DNA from: a bacterium
GTDB taxonomy: Bacteria; Hydrothermota; UBA3073; JACQXS01; JAQTXJ01
Length of the DNA: 64,000 nt
NCBI GenBank assembly: GCA_041649255.1
Contig: JBAZNK010000004.1
Location: 28,647 to 92,646 of the forward strand
Direction: 5' to 3'
The notes under the pieces are model-generated. The model had not been told where the DNA came from and did no database searches. It was given only the letters and a program-made list of their open reading frames with translations. The first letter of the stretch is position 1; each line of letters starts with the position of its first letter. A program made the position numbers and the translations under genes. This document shows, one piece after another, positions 37,241 through 45,348 of the stretch.

Positions 37241-39333
37241 TTCTTATTCTTAATTTCTTCCTCTAACAATCTTATTTGTTTTTCGTATAATTCCTTCAAT
37301 CTTTTGATATATGATTGAAATTTCGCCGTAGTATCAAATTCGTTCTGTATAGTTTCCCTTCCCTTTATTTTTAGTTCTTCAATAAGCTTGTCTTTTTCCT
37401 TAATAATACTTTCTTTCGCTTGAATAATGTTTTCTTTTTCCTGAATAATTCTATCTTTCCCTTGGAAAGATTCATTTCTAAGTTTTTTTTCATTATTATT
37501 TTTTTCTTCTAAATACTTTATTGGAAAACCATATATTAAATGATTCATTGGAACATTTTGTTTTTCAACTTTCCCGCATACAGCGATAATATAAATAAAT
37601 TTTTCAAATACTTGAAAATTCTCAGATGAATCCTTCCAGGTAGGTTGTGTATGGATCGGAAGAACCTTAAAATCTGTTGTTTGTTCTCTCTTGTTTTTTT
37701 CTAAAAACTGTTTTTCTATAATCATACCTTCAAAGTAGTCCTGCCCCCAAAAAGTTATTTCGGAAAAATATTTTTTTAGAAAAACATCAAATTCGTCAAT
37801 ATAATACTCATGAATATGAAAAGGATTTTTCCAGTCTTCAACGGCATCCGTATAAATTTTCTTATTAGGAGTAGAAATTATTAATATCCCATCCGTTTTT
37901 AATACTCTTTTTATTTCTGATAAATACATTTCAGGGTTTTGTAGATGCTCTACTACTTCAAAAGACACCACAACATCAAATACTTTGTCCGGGAAAGATA
38001 ATTTTTCAGCATTCATTACCTTAAATTCCAGGTTTTTATTTTCATAATTAGATTTGCAATACTCTATTGTTTCTTTGGAAATATCAATTCCTGTAACTTT
38101 TTTCGCACCACTTTTCAAGAGATGATAAGAACCATATCCACACCCACAACCTGCATCAAAAACTATTTTATCTTTTACATATTGACTGGCAAACATATAC
38201 CGCGTAATATGTTCAAGAAATAAACTTTCTCTCTCTGGGTTATCCGGAACCAATCTTTCTCCTGTAGATTCCATTTTTAACTTATTTTGCACTCCTTTTT
38301 GTTTAATTTTATAAGTTGCCTGACCTGCATCATTACCCTTTTCACAATTTTGTAGTGCTTGCTCGTTTTTGGTTTTTTGTAAGTTATTTACCAATTCATC
38401 ATATTCTTCCATCAACCCGGGTATCTGGCAGCTATAAGAACTCACACCGTAAGATATGCAGGATGAACATATAGGATTAGATATCCGCTTTTTTGCTATC
38501 TCGTCTGTATTCATATCAAGATAATTTCCAACTATGCCTTCCGGCTCAAAAGTTCCACAACACTGAAGAACCTCGCCTTTGTAAGTAAACGCAATTTGAT
38601 TGTAAAGTAAAGGACAAGGCATCCTGTATTTTTTCGCAATCTCCATAGCGGGCAACACAGGTAATAAATATTCAGAGGTTATGAATTCATCTTTATTTTT
38701 CCCCATAAAGTTATCAGCAAGAGCTATAAGCTCCTCAAATACCATATGTTTTGCATAATAGGTCGCAAAGCCAAAGCCCAAATCTTTCGCATATTTCTCC
38801 ATCAATTTCATCTCCATGAGATTAGTTTTATATTTATGATAATAGATATATACATTAGTAGTTGCCCCTGTTTGTTCTTTTGCTAAGGATAAAAGGTGCA
38901 TATTCATTTTCACTTTTTCAATATTTCCTCCCGCGTGAAAACGATTGTAAGTATTTTGGTACCACCCCGAAAGACTTATACAGAAGTTTTTGGGATTATA
39001 TTGCATAATTTCGTAAAAATCAACCGTCTTATTTAAGTTGCTGCTAATATTAACCTCAAATTGTAAAGATTTTGCAAAACTAATCAACTCAACAAGATTT
39101 GGATGCAAGAGTGGCTCACCCCAATTATATATGTCAATATCCTTAACTTGCGGGTAGTCATTTCTAAGTTTGGAAACTATCTTTCTGAATAAATTTAGAC
39201 TCATAAATGGTAACGTTTTATCATTTATTATTTTCCCTTTTCCTCTTGGGCAGGAAGGACAACGTAAGTTACAGTTTCCAACTATATCCATATGAACGGT
39301 TTTGATGTTCATAGGAGTAAAAGGTTCTTGCAT
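37237..39333 (-). CDS. Radical-SAM (CxxxCxxC, possible SPASM-like Cys cluster) fused to class I SAM-dependent methyltransferase and C-terminal coiled-coil tail
   Basis: 698 aa; VGNCNLRCPSCPRG radical-SAM motif; later Cys cluster PCPLLYNQ...QCCGTF; MTase motif I VFDAGCGCGYGS, VVSFEVVEHLQNP, DGILIISTPN; tail ...FQSYIKRLKELYEKQIRLLEEEIKNKK. Confidence 0.75.
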   Translation of the reverse strand: MQEPFTPMNIKTVHMDIVGNCNLRCPSCPRGKGKIINDKTLPFMSLNLFRKIVSKLRNDYPQVKDIDIYNWGEPLLHPNLVELISFAKSLQFEVNISSNLNKTVDFYEIMQYNPKNFCISLSGWYQNTYNRFHAGGNIEKVKMNMHLLSLAKEQTGATTNVYIYYHKYKTNLMEMKLMEKYAKDLGFGFATYYAKHMVFEELIALADNFMGKNKDEFITSEYLLPVLPAMEIAKKYRMPCPLLYNQIAFTYKGEVLQCCGTFEPEGIVGNYLDMNTDEIAKKRISNPICSSCISYGVSSYSCQIPGLMEEYDELVNNLQKTKNEQALQNCEKGNDAGQATYKIKQKGVQNKLKMESTGERLVPDNPERESLFLEHITRYMFASQYVKDKIVFDAGCGCGYGSYHLLKSGAKKVTGIDISKETIEYCKSNYENKNLEFKVMNAEKLSFPDKVFDVVVSFEVVEHLQNPEMYLSEIKRVLKTDGILIISTPNKKIYTDAVEDWKNPFHIHEYYIDEFDVFLKKYFSEITFWGQDYFEGMIIEKQFLEKNKREQTTDFKVLPIHTQPTWKDSSENFQVFEKFIYIIAVCGKVEKQNVPMNHLIYGFPIKYLEEKNNNEKKLRNESFQGKDRIIQEKENIIQAKESIIKEKDKLIEELKIKGRETIQNEFDTTAKFQSYIKRLKELYEKQIRLLEEEIKNKK

Positions 39334-39474
39334 TTTAAGTTGCCTCCCGCAACAGTCTCAACTACTAAAAAAGCAGGAAAATTAGGAATTTCCACTCTTT
39401 TTTATTTTCTAATTTTGACATAAAATTTTATTTATCTATATCTTTTTTATTATCGTCAAATTTTCCTTAAAACT

Positions 39475-40683
39475 TTAACTTACATATGCTTCTTTATTCC
39501 ACTCCCGCATAGTTTCTATTATACTGCTTGCGCGATGGACATAAGTATGTTCCTGTAAAACTCTTTGTCTTGCTTTTTTTGCAATCTTTTTTCTTTCGGT
39601 TGAATGCTGAAGATAAAAGTTAACCAGTTCTTTTAATTCTTCCTTATCCTTGAAAGTTATTACCTCTTCTTTTGGAATAAACAAATCAATCAAAGTCTTA
39701 CGTTCATCCGTAATAAGAAACCCGCCCGCAGCAGGAACATCAAATACCCTTTGATTACATCCCTCCGGCATTTGAAAACTTGTAATATTTAAATTTATTT
39801 CACTCCCGTTATAAACCAAAGGCAATTGAGTGTAATAGTTTACGGCAGGCAACAATGTTACGTTCTTGAAAAGTTTATGCCAACCCGTATCTCCATATAT
39901 TCTTAATCCACAAGATAAAATATTCTCCAAGACTTCTTGTCTTTTGTTAAACGTAGCTTTTAATGCAATATAAGACTCAAGTTCAGTTAATTTTCCATTA
40001 TCAATCGGCAATTTTAATTCCAGAGTTTCAGATATTTTTTTCAATGCTTTGCCTGAGAAAATTCCACTTTTATTATGTAATAATTTTAAGGTTTCATCAG
40101 ATAGTTTTTCCCATTCATTAATATTAGAGACTTTCTTTTTCCACTTATCAACTGATTCTATCATAGAATCTCCAACAAAGCTTATATCCGTTACATATTT
40201 ACCGGGTATATTTTCCATTAGTTTAAATATTTCCGGGTCAGTTCCAAGAGGTAAATACTTAACTTTTTTAAATCCTGATTCTTGAAGTTCAGAAACATAC
40301 AAAGGGTCCCACACAAATACGTTGGCATAAGGAGAAACGTTTTCTTTGTCATAACCTTCAAGAATATATCTAGGGGAATCTACATACCATATTGCATACG
40401 GAATCTTTAACTCGGTTAACAATCCCGTAATTTTCCCTTCACAGTCAAACCCCTCGTGGTTTACGGTGAATATGAAATCCGGTTGAAATTCACATAACGT
40501 AACCAGAAGTTCTTTTAGGAAGGTATCTTTCTTGTTAACAGTTATTTTACGAACTTCGCAGCCAAGTCTTTCAAATGCAGTAGCGCATTCTTTGACAATA
40601 TAATAATCCCATTCAAATATAACTATCCTTGTCTTATTTCTTTTGAATTTTGCATAAGATGTTGCGGATTTAATCTTTTGCAT
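39475..40683 (-). CDS. CgeB-like (DUF3880/Glyco_trans_1_2) glycosyltransferase-like protein
   Basis: 402 aa; C-terminal motif KIAKKARQRVLQEHTYVHR typical of CgeB-family proteins. Confidence 0.5.
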   Translation of the reverse strand: MQKIKSATSYAKFKRNKTRIVIFEWDYYIVKECATAFERLGCEVRKITVNKKDTFLKELLVTLCEFQPDFIFTVNHEGFDCEGKITGLLTELKIPYAIWYVDSPRYILEGYDKENVSPYANVFVWDPLYVSELQESGFKKVKYLPLGTDPEIFKLMENIPGKYVTDISFVGDSMIESVDKWKKKVSNINEWEKLSDETLKLLHNKSGIFSGKALKKISETLELKLPIDNGKLTELESYIALKATFNKRQEVLENILSCGLRIYGDTGWHKLFKNVTLLPAVNYYTQLPLVYNGSEINLNITSFQMPEGCNQRVFDVPAAGGFLITDERKTLIDLFIPKEEVITFKDKEELKELVNFYLQHSTERKKIAKKARQRVLQEHTYVHRASSIIETMREWNKEAYVS

Positions 40684-40693
40684 CGCTCATATT

Positions 40694-41752
40694 TCAGACT
40701 TTGCAGGAAATTCCGACTTTACTTATTACTGCTCTCAGTTTTTGAAATTCCTTTTTAGGATTGAAATGTGTTTTTATATAAATCTTACCATCTTCTACTA
40801 ATTCTCTCCTTAGGTTCTCATCATTCAAAACTCTTTTTATCTCTTTTACCCATTTATCCGGATTTAAGAAATCATCTATTAATATGGCGCCCGGTCCAGC
40901 AGCTTCAGGGATTCCACCTATTCTTCCTGCAACTACAGGTATTCCATTAAGCAAAGCTTCTACAATTATCATACCAAAAGTTTCTCCTATTACTGAAGGG
41001 ACAACTAATAATTTAGTAGTAGAATAAAAATATTTCGGAGGAGTATATCCCATATATCTTACATTTGGAAGTTTAAGTTTTATTCCATGTCCTACAGTTA
41101 AAAACTGTTCTTCCGGCATTAATCTGGCAATTTCACAAAAAGTTAAAATACCTTTACGGACTTCAGGCTGATACATAGTAATATACTTCTGAGGTACAAA
41201 TATCTCCTCGCATATGATTTCATCATAGTTGATAAACGGATAAATCACTTCCGAATCCATATTTGTAAACTCTTTTAACACCTGTCTTGTATATTCGGAA
41301 TTTGATATAATAGCATCTGCCTGTTGAAGCATCTCACGATTTCTTACAAGCGTAGTTTCATACAAATTGTAATAATTACAGTTTTTACAATTTCTGTCAC
41401 ATATTTCTGCATATAAGGGCACATGACAGAAATAATCCATACCATGAACAAAAAGAACTACCGGAATGTTTAACCTTTTGGCGATACTGACTGCAAAGGG
41501 AGCAAGATCAAACTGCGTAAATATGACATCCGGCAATAAAGTTTCTATACTTTTTGTAAGACTTAGCAATTCGCTAAAAGTATTTACTGTTACACCATTT
41601 TTTTCCACTTTTCTGCTTCTATTCTTTTCAATACAAAAAGCATAGGTATCAAATCCTTCCTCGCTTAAATGCTCAAGCAATGTTAAACTACTTTTTTCTG
41701 CACCTCTTAAAGGAGGATACAAATCGTGTGCTATGAATAATATTTTTTTCAT
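40694..41752 (-). CDS. GT4 family glycosyltransferase (GT-B)
   Basis: 352 aa; GETFGMIIVEALLNGIPVVAGRIGGIPE nucleotide-sugar binding motif. Confidence 0.75.
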   Translation of the reverse strand: MKKILFIAHDLYPPLRGAEKSSLTLLEHLSEEGFDTYAFCIEKNRSRKVEKNGVTVNTFSELLSLTKSIETLLPDVIFTQFDLAPFAVSIAKRLNIPVVLFVHGMDYFCHVPLYAEICDRNCKNCNYYNLYETTLVRNREMLQQADAIISNSEYTRQVLKEFTNMDSEVIYPFINYDEIICEEIFVPQKYITMYQPEVRKGILTFCEIARLMPEEQFLTVGHGIKLKLPNVRYMGYTPPKYFYSTTKLLVVPSVIGETFGMIIVEALLNGIPVVAGRIGGIPEAAGPGAILIDDFLNPDKWVKEIKRVLNDENLRRELVEDGKIYIKTHFNPKKEFQKLRAVISKVGISCKV

Positions 41753-41938
41753 TTATTCCTAATGCCTTTTTTAAATCAGCAAGTTCCGTGTCATTTATTA
41801 AAATATTCTGAACTCTCTTATATCATAAACATTTAAAGCTTTATTTAAAATACAAAAATATTTTCAATGTGGAAAATATTTCCTATCTAATAGGCAAAGA
41901 ACTAACTATTTTTTAATCACAAGAATGGATTATTAAAA

Positions 41939-42208
41939 ATGCTTGACTTTTTAAATATTAAGATTAATTGTTTTAACAGAATGGCGATTATCAAGAGAGA
42001 TAAGATTATAATTGAAGGTGAAGAAAATATAGGACTATCTCCTTCTCAACAGTCTATTCCTGTAGATACCCCGAATAATACAGAGTTAAAGGAGCCCGGG
42101 ATAAGTATAAACAAAGCAAATGGCATAGTTAACAGTATAGACATATTATGTACTTGTGGGCGTAAGATTCATATAGATTGTGAATACGAGGAAAAACCAA
42201 AAGCATAA
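41939..42208 (+). CDS. Small hypothetical protein with C-terminal Cys/His cluster, divergent from the modification island
   Basis: 89 aa ORF; ...ILCTCGRKIHIDCEYEE; no family assignment possible by eye. Confidence 0.3.
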   Translation: MLDFLNIKINCFNRMAIIKRDKIIIEGEENIGLSPSQQSIPVDTPNNTELKEPGISINKANGIVNSIDILCTCGRKIHIDCEYEEKPKA

Positions 42209-42263
42209 TTAGAAAATAGAAAAATAGGACATCCCGCTTTGACGGGTATCTGATAAATCCTTT

Positions 42264-43520
42264 ATGAATAATAATTATAAAGTTCTTGTTTATGATTCCT
42301 CTTACGAAGTATGCAACACGCTAAAGAATATTCTAAAAGATTTTAATTTCGAAATAGTAGAGTGTACAAATGTAAAAGATTTTTTTAAGTTTCTTGAAAG
42401 TATATTTTTTAATATCGCCTTTTTTGACACAGAAAACAAAGATAAAATCGAGATAGATATTTTTCAGAAATTTAAGATGGCTATGAATCCTGATATAAAT
42501 ATTATTTTAACATCTACAGTTCCCAAAGTTGAAATTGCAATTCGCGGCATTAAGTTCGGAATTTTAGATTATTTAACAAAACCTCTTAATAAGAAAGAAG
42601 TGTTGGAAAGCGTAAATAAAGTAGTGAACAAAGAACAGCCTTTTGAGAGAACCGGGTTGGGTTTATTAATAGGAGTTTCTCCAAAAATGCAACAACTTTA
42701 TTCTGAAATCTTAAATGTCGCTCCAACAAACTCCACAGTATGCATTCAAGGAGAAAACGGGACCGGCAAAGAATTGATAGCCCAAACCATTCATAATCTT
42801 TCCCTTCGTAAAGACGCGAACTTTATACCTGTAAATTGCAGTGCCATTCCTGAAAGCCTGCTCGAGACAGAATTATTTGGTCACGTAAAAGGCGCATATT
42901 CCGGAGCATCTCGCGATAATCCTGGCATTTTCAGGGCAGCCGAAAAAGGAACCATATTTCTTGATGAAATAGCAGAAATACCACACAGCATTCAGATAAA
43001 ACTCCTAAGGGTTCTTGAAGAAAAAGAAGTCAGATCTATTGGAAGCGCCCAGAATTATAAAATTGATTGTCGCATTATTACAGCTACAAACAAAGATCTT
43101 GAAAGAGCCGTTTTACAAGGAAAAATAAGAGAAGATTTTTTCCATAGACTGTTTGTCGTTTCTATAATAGTCCCTCCGCTTAGAGAAAGAAGAGAAGACA
43201 TTCCCCTTCTAATTGAACACTTCTTAATTTTAACCAAGGGACAAAATAAAAAACAGATTTCGGACGAAGTTCTTGAAGCTTTATGCTCTTATGATTGGCC
43301 CGGAAACGTCAGAGAATTAGAAAACGTGATAGAAAGCGCTTGCGTTACAAGCAGCAGTAATAGTTTAATCAAACTAACCGATATTCCCTTAAAAATAAGA
43401 GGAAGCAAAGGATTCATGCCAAATCGAAAATCTGTTTTATGGGATGACACACAAAAAAGCCTCATTCAAAGGACACTTGCCCAAACAGGCACAACAAACT
43501 CAAAACTGCAAAACTACTAG
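42264..43520 (+). CDS. Sigma-54-dependent response regulator (REC + AAA+ sigma-54 activator; NtrC/FlgR/FlrC-like); the C-terminal Fis-type HTH is in another frame (43490-43606)
   Basis: REC residues (D10, D55, T/S ~82, K ~104); Walker A GENGTGKEL; GAFTGA-type motif (GHVKGAYSGA); ESELFGH-like; the ORF stops just before the HTH NKLKTAKLLGIDRKTLYRKLKRYKI, which is readable in the frame offset by 2. Confidence 0.8.
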   Translation: MNNNYKVLVYDSSYEVCNTLKNILKDFNFEIVECTNVKDFFKFLESIFFNIAFFDTENKDKIEIDIFQKFKMAMNPDINIILTSTVPKVEIAIRGIKFGILDYLTKPLNKKEVLESVNKVVNKEQPFERTGLGLLIGVSPKMQQLYSEILNVAPTNSTVCIQGENGTGKELIAQTIHNLSLRKDANFIPVNCSAIPESLLETELFGHVKGAYSGASRDNPGIFRAAEKGTIFLDEIAEIPHSIQIKLLRVLEEKEVRSIGSAQNYKIDCRIITATNKDLERAVLQGKIREDFFHRLFVVSIIVPPLRERREDIPLLIEHFLILTKGQNKKQISDEVLEALCSYDWPGNVRELENVIESACVTSSSNSLIKLTDIPLKIRGSKGFMPNRKSVLWDDTQKSLIQRTLAQTGTTNSKLQNY

Positions 43521-43792
43521 GCATAGATCGCAAAACATTATACAGAAAACTCAAAAGATATAAAATAGTATCTCCATCACCCCAGACACAAGACACAACA
43601 CAATAAACCAGCACAAAAACAAAACAACCCAATCAAAATAAACTACACATTAAACACACTCAAAATACCCCAACACAAACAAAATCAACCACAATAGTGT
43701 AGCATAAAACTACACCCCAAAACCCCTAACCAACAACACAAAACAACACAGCGTCAATTCGCTACACCACACTGTCGCTCAATGCCTCAGTG

Positions 43793-44005
43793 TGGCAAAT
43801 TGACATATAGGAACAAAATGCCACATTGTAACATAAGGCAAAAAGCCACACCTCGGGATTATTTATCATCACAGTAAAATAACTCAGGGGTATATTGCTA
43901 CACTAGACTGTGGCTAAATAGAACATTGGGGCAAATTGACATATGAGAACAAAAGCCACACCGCAAAGTAAGGCAAAAAGCCACACCTCGAGACTGTTTA
44001 TTATC
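43793..44005. repeat. Two ~75-bp direct repeats (period ~138 bp) with recurring GCCACA/TGTGGC motifs inside a CA-only intergenic region; candidate enhancer (UAS) elements
   Basis: GGCAAATTGACATAT[A/G]GGAACAAAA..GCCACA...TAAGGCAAAAAGCCACACCTCG[G/A]GA.T.TTTAT at 43795-43870 and 43933-44008; long-range inverted repeat GGGGCAAATTGACA (43935) / TGTCAATTTGCCCC (44052). Confidence 0.6.
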
Positions 44006-44150
44006 CTATTAATACAACTTAGGGGTAAATCGCCACATATAGTTGTGTCAATTTGCCCCTGTGGTTATTTAGGACATACTGATTTGTATGATGATGTAAC
44101 TATTTGTTGGGTGTGGGTTTTAGGGTATTAGTGTGAATAATTTTGTATAT

Positions 44151-44165
44151 TGGCACATTTGTTGC
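44151..44165 (+). promoter_or_regulatory. Sigma-54 promoter (TGGCAC-N5-TTGC) upstream of the second activator gene
   Basis: TGGCACatttgTTGCTATTATAATAT; exact -24/-12 consensus; lies inside the track ORF start (44143), so the real start is ATG 44182. Confidence 0.55.
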
Positions 44166-44181
44166 TATTATAATATCTACT

Positions 44182-45231
44182 ATGGCAAAATTAACGGAAT
44201 TATTTTCTGAATTTAACGTTGCTGCAGAACGATTAGAAGGGGCTTACAAGGTTTTACAGGAGAAGGTTGAGCGTGCAAACCTATCCTACGGTTTTGGACC
44301 TCTTGTTGGAAGAACTGAAGGGATGAAGGAAATATACGAGATAATTCGTGCAGTTGCAAAGAGTAGAGCTTCGGTTTTGGTATATGGGGAGTCCGGGACC
44401 GGAAAAGAACTTGTATCAAGAGCAATACACTACGAGAGTAATTGCAAAGATAAACCTTTTATTTCCATAAATTGTGCGGCTATTTCCGAGGGGTTGTTAG
44501 AAAGCGAGCTTTTTGGTCATGAGAAAGGAGCTTTTACCGGAGCATTAGAAAAAAGAAAAGGGAAATTTGAACTTGCCAATGGAGGGACATTACTTCTTGA
44601 TGAAATTTCAGAGATGGGACTTATGCTCCAGGCGAAATTACTTCGTGTATTACAGGAATTTAGGTTTTTTAGAGTAGGCGGTTCCGAAGAAATAAAAGTA
44701 GATGTGAGGATAATTGCCACAACAAACCTTAATCCAAAAGAAGCTATTGAAAAACAAAAACTCAGAGAAGACCTTTTTTACAGGTTAAACGTAGTGAGCG
44801 TTAATATTCCACCATTGAGAGAAAGAAAAGAGGATATTCCTGTTCTTGCGGCTTATTTTTTAAGGAAATATTCCACTTTTTACAATAAACAGGTAAATTC
44901 CATCTCAACAGATGCATTAAAAATTCTTTTAAATTATAACTGGCCTGGAAATGTAAGAGAACTTGAAAATGTAATAGAGAGGGCAGTGATTCTTAATTCT
45001 TCTCCCTCGGTTCTCACTTCACATCTCAATCTTTCCAATAACTCAAATGATGTGCAATTAAACGGACTTATTGGATTATCTTTAGATGAAATAGAAAAGA
45101 AAGTTATTATTGAAACATTAAAAAAGAATAATGGGAACCGGACAAATACTGCTAAAATGTTAAAAGTAAGTATCCGGACAATAAGAGAAAAAATCAGGCA
45201 ATATAAAAAAGATGGGGAAATAATTGACTAA
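44182..45231 (+). CDS. Sigma-54-dependent transcriptional activator lacking any receiver/sensor domain (PspF-like: ~40-aa N-terminal helix + AAA+ + Fis HTH)
   Basis: GESGTGKELVSRAIH Walker A; GAFTGA (EKGAFTGAL); ESELFGH; intact C-terminal HTH (NRTNTAKMLKVSIRTIREKIRQY). Confidence 0.8.
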   Translation: MAKLTELFSEFNVAAERLEGAYKVLQEKVERANLSYGFGPLVGRTEGMKEIYEIIRAVAKSRASVLVYGESGTGKELVSRAIHYESNCKDKPFISINCAAISEGLLESELFGHEKGAFTGALEKRKGKFELANGGTLLLDEISEMGLMLQAKLLRVLQEFRFFRVGGSEEIKVDVRIIATTNLNPKEAIEKQKLREDLFYRLNVVSVNIPPLRERKEDIPVLAAYFLRKYSTFYNKQVNSISTDALKILLNYNWPGNVRELENVIERAVILNSSPSVLTSHLNLSNNSNDVQLNGLIGLSLDEIEKKVIIETLKKNNGNRTNTAKMLKVSIRTIREKIRQYKKDGEIID

Positions 45232-45315
45232 TAGGTGGAGTTTTTTGCCTATTGTAAAAAAAAGTAGTTTTATGAATTTATTATTTTATATACCTATTAT
45301 AGGTAGTGTTAATTT

Positions 45316-45330
45316 TGGCACGAAATTTGC
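45316..45330 (+). promoter_or_regulatory. Sigma-54 promoter (TGGCAC-N5-TTGC) of the flgB operon
   Basis: TGGCACgaaatTTGCTATTATAAATAT, 19 nt upstream of the flgB ATG; same downstream TATTATAA(A)TAT box as the 44151 promoter. Confidence 0.6.
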
Positions 45331-45348
45331 TATTATAAATATATTACA

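Noticed and set aside
43943-44131. 62-aa plus-strand ORF in the intergenic repeat region
   Set aside because: Lies within the direct and inverted repeats of the regulatory region. It has no RBS and its composition is repeat-driven.
44143-44181. Upstream extension of the second activator ORF (MYIGTFVAIIISTM...)
   Set aside because: It contains the sigma-54 promoter itself. The coding start is more plausibly the ATG at 44182.
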